Positions 1 to 8,900 of a DNA stretch of 36,696 nt are shown here, piece after piece. Positions within the stretch are counted from its first letter, which is position 1. Each line of letters begins with the position of its first letter. Under the pieces are notes generated by a model, which was not told the DNA's origin, searched no databases, and saw only the letters and a list, made by a program, of their open reading frames with translations. The position numbers and the translations under genes were made by a program. The stretch is from Actinomycetota bacterium (lineage in GTDB: Bacteria > Actinomycetota > UBA4738 > HRBIN12): NCBI GenBank assembly GCA_035463715.1, contig DATHSY010000091.1:1-36696 (forward strand). The letters run 5' to 3'.

Positions 1-2346
1 CACCTGTACATCCACGAGCTGGTCGAGCAGGTGCCGACGCCGGCCGCCGCAGCCAACTACGCCAGGATCGTCGCCGAGCACGCCCTGCTCCGGCGGCTGA
101 TCTCTGCTGCCGCCGACATCATCGACCTCGCGTACTCGGCGCCGGAGGACCCGAAGCAGGTCGCCGACGACGCCGAGCAACGGATCTACGACGTCGCGCG
201 ACCCGACGAGAAGGAGCAGGTCGCATCGCTCCGAGAGCTCGTCGACCAGGCGATGACCGACCTCGAGAAGATCCAGAACCGAGAGTCGGCATTCGCCGGG
301 ATACCGACGGGTTTCCGTGACGTCGATGCGTTGCTGTCGGGGATGCAGGCGGGCAACCTGATCGTCGTCGCAGCACGGCCAGGCATCGGCAAGTCGTCGT
401 TCGTGACGAACCTCGCACGCAACGTCGCCGTCGAGGCGCGCGGGCCGGTCGCGATGTTCTCGCTCGAGATGTCGCGGTGGGAGATCGGCATGCGGCTGCT
501 GTGCGCCGAGGCGCGCGTGCCCTGGGACAGCATCCGCAACAAGCGGGTCGGTGCGGACGATTGGTCGCGGATCGTGCAGGCCGCCGAGGTGCTCCACGAC
601 GCGCCGTTGTCGATCGTGGACTCGGGGAACGTGACGATCGTCGACATCCGCGCGAAGGCGCGGCGGCTGTCGGCCCGCAAGCAGGGCCTCGGTCTGATCA
701 TCGTCGATTACCTCCAGCTGATGTCGCACCACCGGCGCGTCGACAACCGCCAACAGGAGATCGCCGAGATCAGTCGCAGCCTCAAGCTGCTGGCGAAGGA
801 GCTCAAGATCCCGGTCATCGCGGTGTCCCAGCTGAACCGGGACCCCGAGCGACGGCAGGACAAGCGGCCGCAGCTTTCGGACCTGCGCGAGTGCGTTCCC
901 GGCGACACGCTGGTTCAGCTGGCCGACGGGCAGCGCAGAGCGATCCGCGACCTCGTCGGTACCGAGCCGGACGTGCTTGCCGTGGGCACGGACGGGCGGA
1001 TCTTCGAAGCGCGGAGCGACAAGGTCTGGCCGGTCGGCGAGCGGCAGCTCTTCGAAGTCCGACTCGCGAGCGGGCGCACGATCCGCGCCACGGAGGAGCA
1101 TCAGCTCCTCGGCGCGTCCGGGTGGAAGCGCGTCCGCGACATCCGGGAAGGCGACCGGTTGGGCATCGCCCGGCGGCTACCCGAGCCCGCACGGACGATC
1201 CGCTGGCGCGACGACCGCGTGGCGCTGCTCGGGCAACTGATCGGCGACGGCAGCTACCTCCGGGCGCGGTCGCTCCGGTACACGACGGCCTCCGAAGACA
1301 ACAGCCGCCTTGTCGCACGAGCCGCCACCGAGCAGTTCGGCGCGAGGGTGAAACGGATCCGAGGACGCGGGGCGTGGCACCAGCTGTTCATCGGTGGGAA
1401 CGGAACTCGGTGGCGGCCGACGGGCGTGAGCGCCTGGCTGCGCGAGCTGGGGATCTACGGGCAGGGTTCCGCCGACAAGCGCATCCCGGGAGAAGCGTTC
1501 CGATTGTCCAACCAGCAGGTCGCGATCCTCCTGCGTCACCTCTGGGCGACCGATGGCTGCGTCCACGTGAGGAAGCCCGGTCAGCGGGGGAGCCACACCG
1601 TGTACTTCTCGACGAGCAGCGAGGGCCTCGCCTACGACGTTGCGACGCTGCTGCTTCGGTTCGGGATCGTCGCGAGGATCAAGCGGGCGGCCAAGCACGG
1701 GTACCGGCCGTGGTGGCGCGTTCACGTCTGTGGATCGGTGGACCAGCGGTGGTTCCTTCGCCATGTCGGCGCGTTCGGTCCGCGGGTTCGTCCCGCGCGT
1801 GAGCTCGCAACCGCGCTGCATGAGATCGTTCCGAACACGAACGTCGACACCCTTGCCCCGGAGATCATCGAGCGCGTACGGCGCGCGATGCGCGAGAAAG
1901 GGGTGACGACGCGCGGCATGGCCAGACTGCGCGGCACGTCGTACGGCGGCACCGCGCACTTCGGGTTCCCTCCGTCCAGATCGTTGGTCGCTCAGTACGG
2001 GGAGCTGCTCGGCGAGCCCGATCTCATCGGCGAGGCCGAGAGTGATGTGTTCTGGGACCGCGTCACGGAGGTGGTCGTGGCCGGCTCGGAGGTCGTTTAT
2101 GATATGACAGTACCTGGGCCTTCGAACTGGCTGGCCGGTCGAGGAACTGCTATCTCTCATAATAGTGGGGCTATCGAACAGGACGCAGACGTCGTGATGT
2201 TCATCCACAGGGACGACTCCGACCCTGCCAAGAAGGGCCTCGCCGACCTGGTCGTGGCCAAGCACCGCAACGGCCCGACGGACAGCATCCCGCTGACGTT
2301 CCTACCGCACCTCACTCAGTTCAAGGACTTCCACCCGGCGTCGTAG
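1..2346 (+). CDS. dnaB: Replicative DNA helicase DnaB (5'-partial at window edge), interrupted by an intein
   Basis: Frame +1 is open from nt 1 (HLYIHELVEQ precedes the track GTG at 31), so the N-terminus lies upstream of the window. DnaB motifs are present: Walker A ARPGIGKSSF, Walker B LIIVDYLQLM, SQLNR. After the intein come SGAIEQDADVVMFIHRDD and AKHRNGP. Stop TAG at 2344-2346. Confidence 0.95.
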   Translation, partial: HLYIHELVEQVPTPAAAANYARIVAEHALLRRLISAAADIIDLAYSAPEDPKQVADDAEQRIYDVARPDEKEQVASLRELVDQAMTDLEKIQNRESAFAGIPTGFRDVDALLSGMQAGNLIVVAARPGIGKSSFVTNLARNVAVEARGPVAMFSLEMSRWEIGMRLLCAEARVPWDSIRNKRVGADDWSRIVQAAEVLHDAPLSIVDSGNVTIVDIRAKARRLSARKQGLGLIIVDYLQLMSHHRRVDNRQQEIAEISRSLKLLAKELKIPVIAVSQLNRDPERRQDKRPQLSDLRECVPGDTLVQLADGQRRAIRDLVGTEPDVLAVGTDGRIFEARSDKVWPVGERQLFEVRLASGRTIRATEEHQLLGASGWKRVRDIREGDRLGIARRLPEPARTIRWRDDRVALLGQLIGDGSYLRARSLRYTTASEDNSRLVARAATEQFGARVKRIRGRGAWHQLFIGGNGTRWRPTGVSAWLRELGIYGQGSADKRIPGEAFRLSNQQVAILLRHLWATDGCVHVRKPGQRGSHTVYFSTSSEGLAYDVATLLLRFGIVARIKRAAKHGYRPWWRVHVCGSVDQRWFLRHVGAFGPRVRPARELATALHEIVPNTNVDTLAPEIIERVRRAMREKGVTTRGMARLRGTSYGGTAHFGFPPSRSLVAQYGELLGEPDLIGEAESDVFWDRVTEVVVAGSEVVYDMTVPGPSNWLAGRGTAISHNSGAIEQDADVVMFIHRDDSDPAKKGLADLVVAKHRNGPTDSIPLTFLPHLTQFKDFHPAS
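892..2163 (+). mobile_element. DnaB intein with LAGLIDADG homing-endonuclease domain (424 codons, in frame)
   Basis: Starts with Cys right after extein LSDLRE (CVPGDTLVQLADG, block A). TxxH block B (RATEEH). Two LAGLIDADG motifs (LLGQLIGDGSY and LLRHLWATDGCV). C-terminal blocks VVYDMTVPGPSNWLAGRGTAISHN ending His-Asn, followed by +1 Ser of SGAIEQDAD. Removing 892-2163 restores the canonical DnaB motif LRE-SGAIEQDAD. Confidence 0.9.
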
Positions 2347-2371
2347 CGCGCTCGGATAGGCTGCGCGCGCC

Positions 2372-3043
2372 GTGGCCGACCGACGCAGGGTTCGTGCGAT
2401 CCACCGGCGGCTGGAGCGATCCTTCGGGCCGCTCGCGCCCCCGCGGAGCAGCGACCCCCTCGAGGAGCTGATCCTTACCGTGCTCTCGCAGCACACGAGC
2501 GACGTCAACGCGGCTCGGGCCTTCGAGCAGCTCCGCCGACGGTTCCCGGACTGGGACGCCCTCGCGGCGGCCCGCACGAGCGACGTTGCCGACTCGATCC
2601 GCTCCGGCGGGCTTGCGAACATCAAAGCGCCTCGGATCCAGGGGATCCTTCGCGAGATCCACGGCCGTGAGGGACGGTACGACCTGTCCTTCCTCGCCGA
2701 GATGTCCGACGCGGATGCGCGTTCGTACCTCTCCTCGCTGAACGGGGTCGGGCCGAAGACGGCCGCGATCGTGCTCGCGTTCTCGCTCGGCCGGAACGCG
2801 CTCGCTGTCGATACGCACGTCCACCGCGTCACACGACGTCTCGGCCTGATCCCACCGGAGGCGACCCCCGAGAAGGCGCACGGGATCCTCGAGGACATCG
2901 TCCCGCCGCAGCTCCGCGTGTCGATGCACGTCGGCCTGATCCGACTCGGTCGCGAGATCTGCAAGGCGGGTCGTCCCCGTTGCGAGATCTGCCCGTTGAA
3001 CGACGTCTGTCCGACCGGGCGTGTGAACCTGGGCCGCGAGTGA
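2372..3043 (+). CDS. nth: Endonuclease III / HhH-GPD base-excision DNA glycosylase with [4Fe-4S] loop
   Basis: HhH motif LNGVGPKTAAIVL, VDTHVHRV, and C-terminal C-x6-C-x2-C-x5-C cluster (CKAGRPRCEICPLNDVC). GTG start. Confidence 0.85.
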   Translation: MADRRRVRAIHRRLERSFGPLAPPRSSDPLEELILTVLSQHTSDVNAARAFEQLRRRFPDWDALAAARTSDVADSIRSGGLANIKAPRIQGILREIHGREGRYDLSFLAEMSDADARSYLSSLNGVGPKTAAIVLAFSLGRNALAVDTHVHRVTRRLGLIPPEATPEKAHGILEDIVPPQLRVSMHVGLIRLGREICKAGRPRCEICPLNDVCPTGRVNLGRE

Positions 3044-3133
3044 CCCTCGGCGGGCCGTACGCTATCCTCGCGCGTATGGCACTCCGCGACGAAGCGCGCT
3101 GGCGCCTGGAGGTCCTCAGACAGACCGGCTAGG

Positions 3134-3171
3134 CCGCTGCTTCCCACACCGAGCGTCGAGGGAAGCAGCGG
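3134..3171. other. Perfect 12-bp stem-loop in the nth/GTPase intergenic region (possible terminator or RNA element)
   Basis: CCGCTGCTTCCC (3134-3145), 14-nt loop, GGGAAGCAGCGG (3160-3171). No U/T tract follows, so an intrinsic-terminator call is weak. Confidence 0.3.
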
Positions 3172-3256
3172 GAGCAAGACGCGTTCGTCGCCGCTCGGCG
3201 TTCGACCGTCCTCCCGAACGATCGTCCCGCGTCATCTGTCCAGGGAGGTTCGAGTC

Positions 3257-4186
3257 GTGCCGATGCCACACCGGGTCCAGATGCAACTGATCAAGCGCCG
3301 GCTCGTCGGCAAGGACGGGAGCGCGCGCATCAAGGAGCTCCGCGCGATCCTCGCGGACCTGCCCGACTACAAGAACGGTCCGTACGCCGACATCCGCAAG
3401 TGGGTGCTCGGCGAGATCGATCAGACGCGCGGACGCTCGAAGGTGGTCCACCGGGACTCGATCGCGGTGCGCCGCGAGGGCGTCTCGCAGATCGCGCTGG
3501 TCGGCCCGCCGAACGTCGGCAAGTCGTCGCTGCTCCAGGCGCTGTCGGAGATCCAGGTCAAGACCGGTGACTACGCGTTCACGACGCTCCGTCCCGTCCC
3601 CGCCGTGACGATGATCCACGGCGTCCCCGTGCAGCTCGTGGAGATCCCCGGTCTGATCGCCGGTGCCGGCGAGGACCGAGGCGGTGGCCGGGCGCTGCTC
3701 GGCGTGCTCCGCGGTGCCGACGGGATCGTCTACTGCCACGACGCGACCGCGCCCGTCGAGCCGCTGCTCGAGGTCCGCGCCGAGGTGGAAGCCGCGAACA
3801 TCACGCTGCCGGCGATCCTCGCTGCCACGAAGGCCGATGAGGCACACACGACGCATCTCGCGCGGCTCGCCCTCGCCATGCAAGGCCTCGACCTGATCGC
3901 GGTTTCGATCCTCGACGATGACAGCGTGGACCGGTTCCGCGATGCGGTCTGGCGACTGACGGGCCTCGTGCGCGTCTTCACGCGACGCCCCGGGTCGCAG
4001 GAGGAAGACCCCATGGCCGTCGCTCCAGGTGCGACCATCGCCGACGTCGCCGCGGAGGTGCACGCCGAGCTGCGCATGAGCTGTCGCGGGGCCAACATCT
4101 GGGGTCCGTCGGCGCGCTTCCCCGGTCAGCTTGTCGGCCGCGACCACGTCGTCGTGGAGGACGACATCATCGAGCTGATCGCATGA
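3257..4186 (+). CDS. DRG/Obg-family GTP-binding protein with C-terminal TGS domain
   Basis: G1 GPPNVGKSS, G2 region YAFTTL, G3 EIPGL, G4 TKAD. C-terminal TGS-like segment (LVRVFTRRPG...GATIADVAAEVH...GQLVGRDHVVVEDDIIELI). GGGAGG lies 8 nt upstream of GTG 3257. Confidence 0.85.
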   Translation: MPMPHRVQMQLIKRRLVGKDGSARIKELRAILADLPDYKNGPYADIRKWVLGEIDQTRGRSKVVHRDSIAVRREGVSQIALVGPPNVGKSSLLQALSEIQVKTGDYAFTTLRPVPAVTMIHGVPVQLVEIPGLIAGAGEDRGGGRALLGVLRGADGIVYCHDATAPVEPLLEVRAEVEAANITLPAILAATKADEAHTTHLARLALAMQGLDLIAVSILDDDSVDRFRDAVWRLTGLVRVFTRRPGSQEEDPMAVAPGATIADVAAEVHAELRMSCRGANIWGPSARFPGQLVGRDHVVVEDDIIELIA

Positions 4187-4217
4187 AGGATCGGCCTCGA
4201 GGGGTTCAGCGCTCTCG

Positions 4218-4288
4218 AGCGGGTGAGGGGAATCGAACCCCCGTTTCAAGCTTGGGAAGCTTGCGTTCTACCATTGAACCACACCCGC
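4218..4288 (-). tRNA. tRNA-Gly (anticodon CCC)
   Basis: Hand-folded cloverleaf on the minus strand. Acceptor GCGGGTG/CACCCGC, D arm GTTC-AATGGTA-GAAC, anticodon arm CAAGC-TTCCCAA-GCTTG (CCC), 4-nt variable loop, T arm GGGGG-TTCGATT-CCCCT, discriminator T. CCA is not encoded. 71 nt. Confidence 0.9.
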
Positions 4289-4368
4289 AGCTCCCGCCCG
4301 GCGCACCGGACTTCGTGACAGTCTAGCGGCGCCTCCGGCACTGTATGACCTGCTAGCCTGCCCACCCC

Positions 4369-5394
4369 ATGCTGGACCCCAACGTCTGGCCGGCCCTGCT
4401 GTCTCGCTTGATATCGGGAGATCCCCTTTCGGTCGACGAGGCCGAGCAGGCGATGCTCGCGATCATGCGGGAGGAGGTCACGCCCGCGCAGGTCGCCGGG
4501 TTCCTGATGGCGCTACGGACCAAGGGAGAGACCGTCGACGAGCTCGAGGGCTTCGCTCGCGCGGCGCTCGACATGGCGCACCCTGTCGAGTCGTCGGAGC
4601 CAGTCGTCGATACGTGCGGGACCGGCGGTGACCGCGCCGGCACGTTCAACATCTCCACGCTCGCCGCGATCGTCGTCGCGGCGAGCGGCGTCCGCGTTGC
4701 CAAGCACGGCAACCGGGCCGCCTCGTCCGCCTGCGGGTCCGCCGATCTCCTGGAAGCGCTCGGCGTGCGGATCGACCTGGGGCCGCGGGGCGTATCGCGC
4801 TGTCTCGACGAGGCCGGGATCGCGTTCATGTTCGCTCCCGTGTTCCATCCCGCTGCGGCGTACGCGGCGGGGATCCGGCGTGAGCTGCGCGTGCCGACGG
4901 CGTTCAACTTCCTCGGTCCGCTCACGAACCCCGCGCGGCCGGCCGCTCAGGTGGTGGGCGTGTCCGACGCCCGCATGCTGCCGCTCGTCGCCGAGGTGCT
5001 TGCGCGCCGCGGGGTCCGGGCGAAGGTCTTCCGAGGCGAGGACGGCCTGGACGAGCTCACGACCACCGGTCTGTCCACGGTCCACGAGACCCGCGACGGC
5101 GAGGTCCGCGAACGGACGCTCGACCCCTCCGAGCTCGGTCTGCGCAGGGCGACCGACGACGACCTGAAGGGCGGTGACGCAGCGACGAACGCGGAGATCG
5201 CAGCCTGGGTGCTCGCAGGCCAGACGGGCCCCCGCCGCGAGGTCGTCCTGCTGAACGCGGCCGCCGCGCTCGAGGTCGCCGGCCGTGTCGATTCGGTCGA
5301 GGAGGGGATCGCTCTGGCGGCGTCCTCGATCGACGACGGCGCGGCGCGCGCGACGCTCGACCGGTGGATCGAGGTCTCGCAGACGCTCCGCTGA
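4369..5394 (+). CDS. trpD: Anthranilate phosphoribosyltransferase
   Basis: TrpD signatures CGTGGDRAGTFNIST and KHGNRAASSACGSADLLEALG, with full-length (341 aa) similarity pattern. Stands alone, not in a trp operon. Confidence 0.93.
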   Translation: MLDPNVWPALLSRLISGDPLSVDEAEQAMLAIMREEVTPAQVAGFLMALRTKGETVDELEGFARAALDMAHPVESSEPVVDTCGTGGDRAGTFNISTLAAIVVAASGVRVAKHGNRAASSACGSADLLEALGVRIDLGPRGVSRCLDEAGIAFMFAPVFHPAAAYAAGIRRELRVPTAFNFLGPLTNPARPAAQVVGVSDARMLPLVAEVLARRGVRAKVFRGEDGLDELTTTGLSTVHETRDGEVRERTLDPSELGLRRATDDDLKGGDAATNAEIAAWVLAGQTGPRREVVLLNAAAALEVAGRVDSVEEGIALAASSIDDGAARATLDRWIEVSQTLR

Positions 5395-5437
5395 CGACCG
5401 AACTTCGGGCCGGGCGACCCGTTAGCATCCTGACGCC

Positions 5438-5937
5438 ATGATCTTGTCCGACCGCTCGATCCGCGAGGAGATCGACGCCAAGCGCATCGTGATCGATCCG
5501 TTCGAGCCGACGTGTGTTCAGCCGTCCTCGGTGGACCTGCACGTCGACTCGTAGTTCCGCGTGTTCGCGAACTCGCGCTACCCGTACATCGATGTGAAGC
5601 GCGAGATGCCGGACCTGACCGAGCTGGTGCAGGTCCCGGACGGCGAGCCGTTCATCCTGCACCCCGGCGAGTTCGTGCTGGGCGCCTCGGGCTGCTGATC
5701 CACTCGACGGCGGGCTATGTCGATCCGGGATGGGACGGGTTCCTCACGCTCGAGCTGTCGAACGTCGCCAACCTGCCCATCACGATCTATCCGGGCATGA
5801 AGATCGGGCAGATCTCGTTCTTCAGGCTCTCGACGGCCGCCGACATGCCGTACGGATCCGCGAAGACCAAGAGCAAGTACCAGGGCCAGCGGGGTCCGAC
5901 GGCGAGCCGGTTCTTCGAGGAGTTCCGCAGGGACTAG
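5438..5937 (+). pseudogene. dcd: dCTP deaminase (dcd) disrupted by an in-frame TAG and a frameshifting internal deletion
   Basis: ATG 5438 gives [38 protein letters not shown], then TAG (5552-5554), then [13 protein letters not shown]...[16 protein letters not shown] and stop at 5696-5698. The conserved C-terminal half ([47 protein letters not shown]...KYQGQRGPT) continues in a different frame from about 5680 to 5937. About 20 residues normally lying between VLG(S/A) and GRLGLL are missing. Confidence 0.8.
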
Positions 5938-8900
5938 GATCCGTGGCCGTAGGTCTCGCCCTCGTCCCCGCGACGGTCGAGCCCAGCCTCCAGCGCCTCC
6001 CGTGCCGCGGCCGCGACCTCCGGGACGGGATCGTCGAGCAGCCGTGATACCGCTTCCGCGGCGCGAGCGTTGCCGATATCGCCGAGCAGCTGGGCCGCGC
6101 GCAAGCGGACGTGCTCGTCGGGATCGGACAGCGCCGCGACGAGGGTGTCGACGGCATCCGGGCCGCCGATGGCGCCGAGCGCCTCGGCGGCACGCGACCG
6201 GCGCTCGGGCTCGACCGACTCCATCCTGCGTATGAACTCATCCACACCGACGAGGCTGTTCAGCAGCGGTCCGACCGTCCCGCGGAGTCCCGGCGAGCCC
6301 TGGCGCAGGACGTCGATCAGGAGCTCCACCGACGTTGGCCCGATCCGCATCAACAGATCTGCCGCCGAATCGCGCAGCGAGGGGACCGTCAGCACGCCCG
6401 CGAGCCGCTTTGCGACAGCCGGCGAGCTCCACTCGGTCAGGACGTGGCTCGCGGTCTCACGGACCGACTGCTCAGGGTCCTTGAGCGCGGCGACGAGGTA
6501 CGAGAGCACGCCCTCGTCGTCGATCACGCCGAGCGCGCGCACCGCTCCGGAGCGGACCTCAGGATCGGGATCGCCGAGCGTCTTGCCGAGCGCGGCCACC
6601 GCCGAACGGTCCCGAAGCCGGCCGAGCGCGTCGACCGCGGCACGCCGGACGAGCGCACTCGGATCGCCGAGCACCCGGATCGCGGATTCGACGCATGCCT
6701 GCGTCGCGCCCCATCCGACGGCCTCGATCGCGAGCGCGCGCTCATCCTCGTCCGTCGAGTAGAGGTGCTCGAAGGCGATGTCCACGATGACGCTCTGGTC
6801 GTTCTTGGTGAACGCCTCGAGCAGGGCGTGCCGTTCGTCGGGACGGCACTCCCGCAGCGCCGACCACGCGAGCGTTCGGTGGGTCGCAGACACGCCCGCC
6901 AGGCGTTCCATCGCGGCGTGACGCACCTTCTCGTCGGCGTCGGCGAGCGCCTCCGCGAGGATGGGGCCGACGCGGTCGGCCGGGTCGCCGGGCATGTGCT
7001 GGATCGCCGCTGCCCGCACGTCGGCGTCGACGTCCTGGAGCGCGCGGGCGACGTTGTCGATCTCGGCGCCGGCCTTCGCGATCGCGCGAACGGCGGCCGA
7101 ACGCACCTCGGGAGAGGCGTCGCTGGACACCAGGCCCCCCACTGCCTCGACCGAGGCGGGGTCGCCCGACTGACCGAGGACGTCGACCACGGCGACGCGG
7201 ACCTCGATCGACGGATCCACCAGCAGCGATCGCAGCTGCGGCGAGACGCGCGTCCCGAGGGCCTGCCAGACGACATGGACGGCGTCGGGACGCTTGTCGG
7301 GTGCGACGGTCCTGAGCGCGCCCGCGAGCTCGCCGGGATCGGGGAACTCGGCCAGCGCGTCGATGACGGTGCGGCGACGTTCGACCGACAGCCCGGACGT
7401 CCGCTCGAGCAGCTCCGTCCCGATCTCGTGGAGACCCAGCACCACAGCCACGGCGGCGACCAGGACGATCGCCTCCGGGTCGGACGAGGCGAGCTGCTCC
7501 CTGCCCCACTCGGCGGCCTCGGTGCGCGGGATCTGCGAAAGATCGAACAGCGCGCTCTCTACCTCTTCCGGTGCCGCGTCGCGAACGCTCCGCGCCAGGG
7601 CGGCGATGTCCTTCTTCCGTTCGGGCTCCGGTTCGGGTTCCGGTTCGGGCTGGGCATCCGCCTCCGCCCCTGCCCCCGGTTCAGGCACAGGCTCCGACTT
7701 CGGCTCGGGTGGCGCGGCCAGCCGGGCAAGCTCGCGGGACGCGGCGGAGCCCGTCTCGCGGATCTCTTCGATCGGGTCTCCGGCGCGGGCGGCGAGTGCC
7801 TCCCGGACCGTATGCGACGGGTCTCCGGCGAGCAGGCGGACGGCTCCGAGGCGCCGCATGTCGGGCAGCGTCATCGCATCGATCAGCATCGAGGTCCCGA
7901 TCGCGTCGGCGAGCTTCGCGAGGCCCTGTCGTTCCCACACCTCGAGGGGGGGATCGATCTCCGCGACCGCCGAGAGCAGCGGGTCGAGCTCCTCGGCCTC
8001 GGGTGCGGCGAGCACCAGCACTGCCGGGAGGATCTCGAGGACGGCCTTCTGGGTGTCGGGCCATCGCCGGGCGCCGACCAGCGGCATCAGCATCCCGGCG
8101 TCGCGCGGCCCGCGCGATGCGGCGACCCGAACGGCGAGCGCGCGGACGTCGTCCGCCGGATCGTGGAGCGCCTGTCGGATCGTCGCGCTCTGCAAGCGAT
8201 CGGGGTAGCGGGCAAGCGTCTTGAGCGCGAGCGTTCGGATCTCGGCGTCCGGATCGAGCATCAGGGACGCCGTCGCCTCGAACTCGTCGAGCGACGGCTC
8301 GTGGTCGGCGAGCGCGAGCAGCGCCTCGCGGCGCTCGGCCGGGTCGCGCGACAGCAGCGAGGGCATGACCGGCTCCGGCGCAGCGTCGAGCGCAGGCGCC
8401 GGCTCCGGCGCAGCGTCGGGTGCAGGCGCAGGTGCAGGCGCGGGCGCGGGCGCTGGCTGCGCTGTCGAGTCAGCCAGGGGCACAGCCATCTGGGCGACGA
8501 CCGGCTCCGCTTCAGATACCGGCTCCGACTCCGGCTCCGGCTCGATGACCGACTCCGACTCCGACTCCGGCTCGATGGCCGACTCCGGCTCCGGCTCGAT
8601 GACCGACGGCGTGACGTCGGCTTCGGCCCAAGTCGCGTCGGCCGGCGGGAAGAGCTCGTGGATCGTTGGGCTCGCCGGGGGCGCGGAGCTCGGGTCGAAC
8701 GGTGCGGCCACGGGGTCGGACACCGCTTCGGTCGCGGCCGGTTCGACCGTCCGCGGTTCCACGGTCTCCCGTTCGACCGTGGTCCGTTCGACCGGCTTGC
8801 TCAAGGCCGCGAGATCTGCGGGGATGTCCGATTCCGACCCATCCGGGATCGTGCCCGCCGGCGGTTCCGGGATGTTCCCGAACCGTTCCGCGGGGACGAA

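Noticed and set aside
4187-4368. tRNA-Gly flanks as a possible integration site or genomic island boundary
   Set aside because: No integrase, no duplicated tRNA 3' segment (att repeat) and no compositional shift on either side. The neighbours are core genes (GTPase, trpD).
5552-5554. In-frame TAG in dcd as programmed recoding (pyrrolysine or read-through)
   Set aside because: A second, independent frameshifting deletion lies downstream in the same gene. There is no recoding context or pyl genes in view. A pseudogene or a sequencing error is the simpler reading.
8369-8606. Tandem repeats considered as a possible CRISPR-like or VNTR array
   Set aside because: The repeats are contiguous with no spacers, are only 24-30 nt imperfect units, lie in frame inside a CDS, and translate to PE/PA linkers. 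This is not a CRISPR array.
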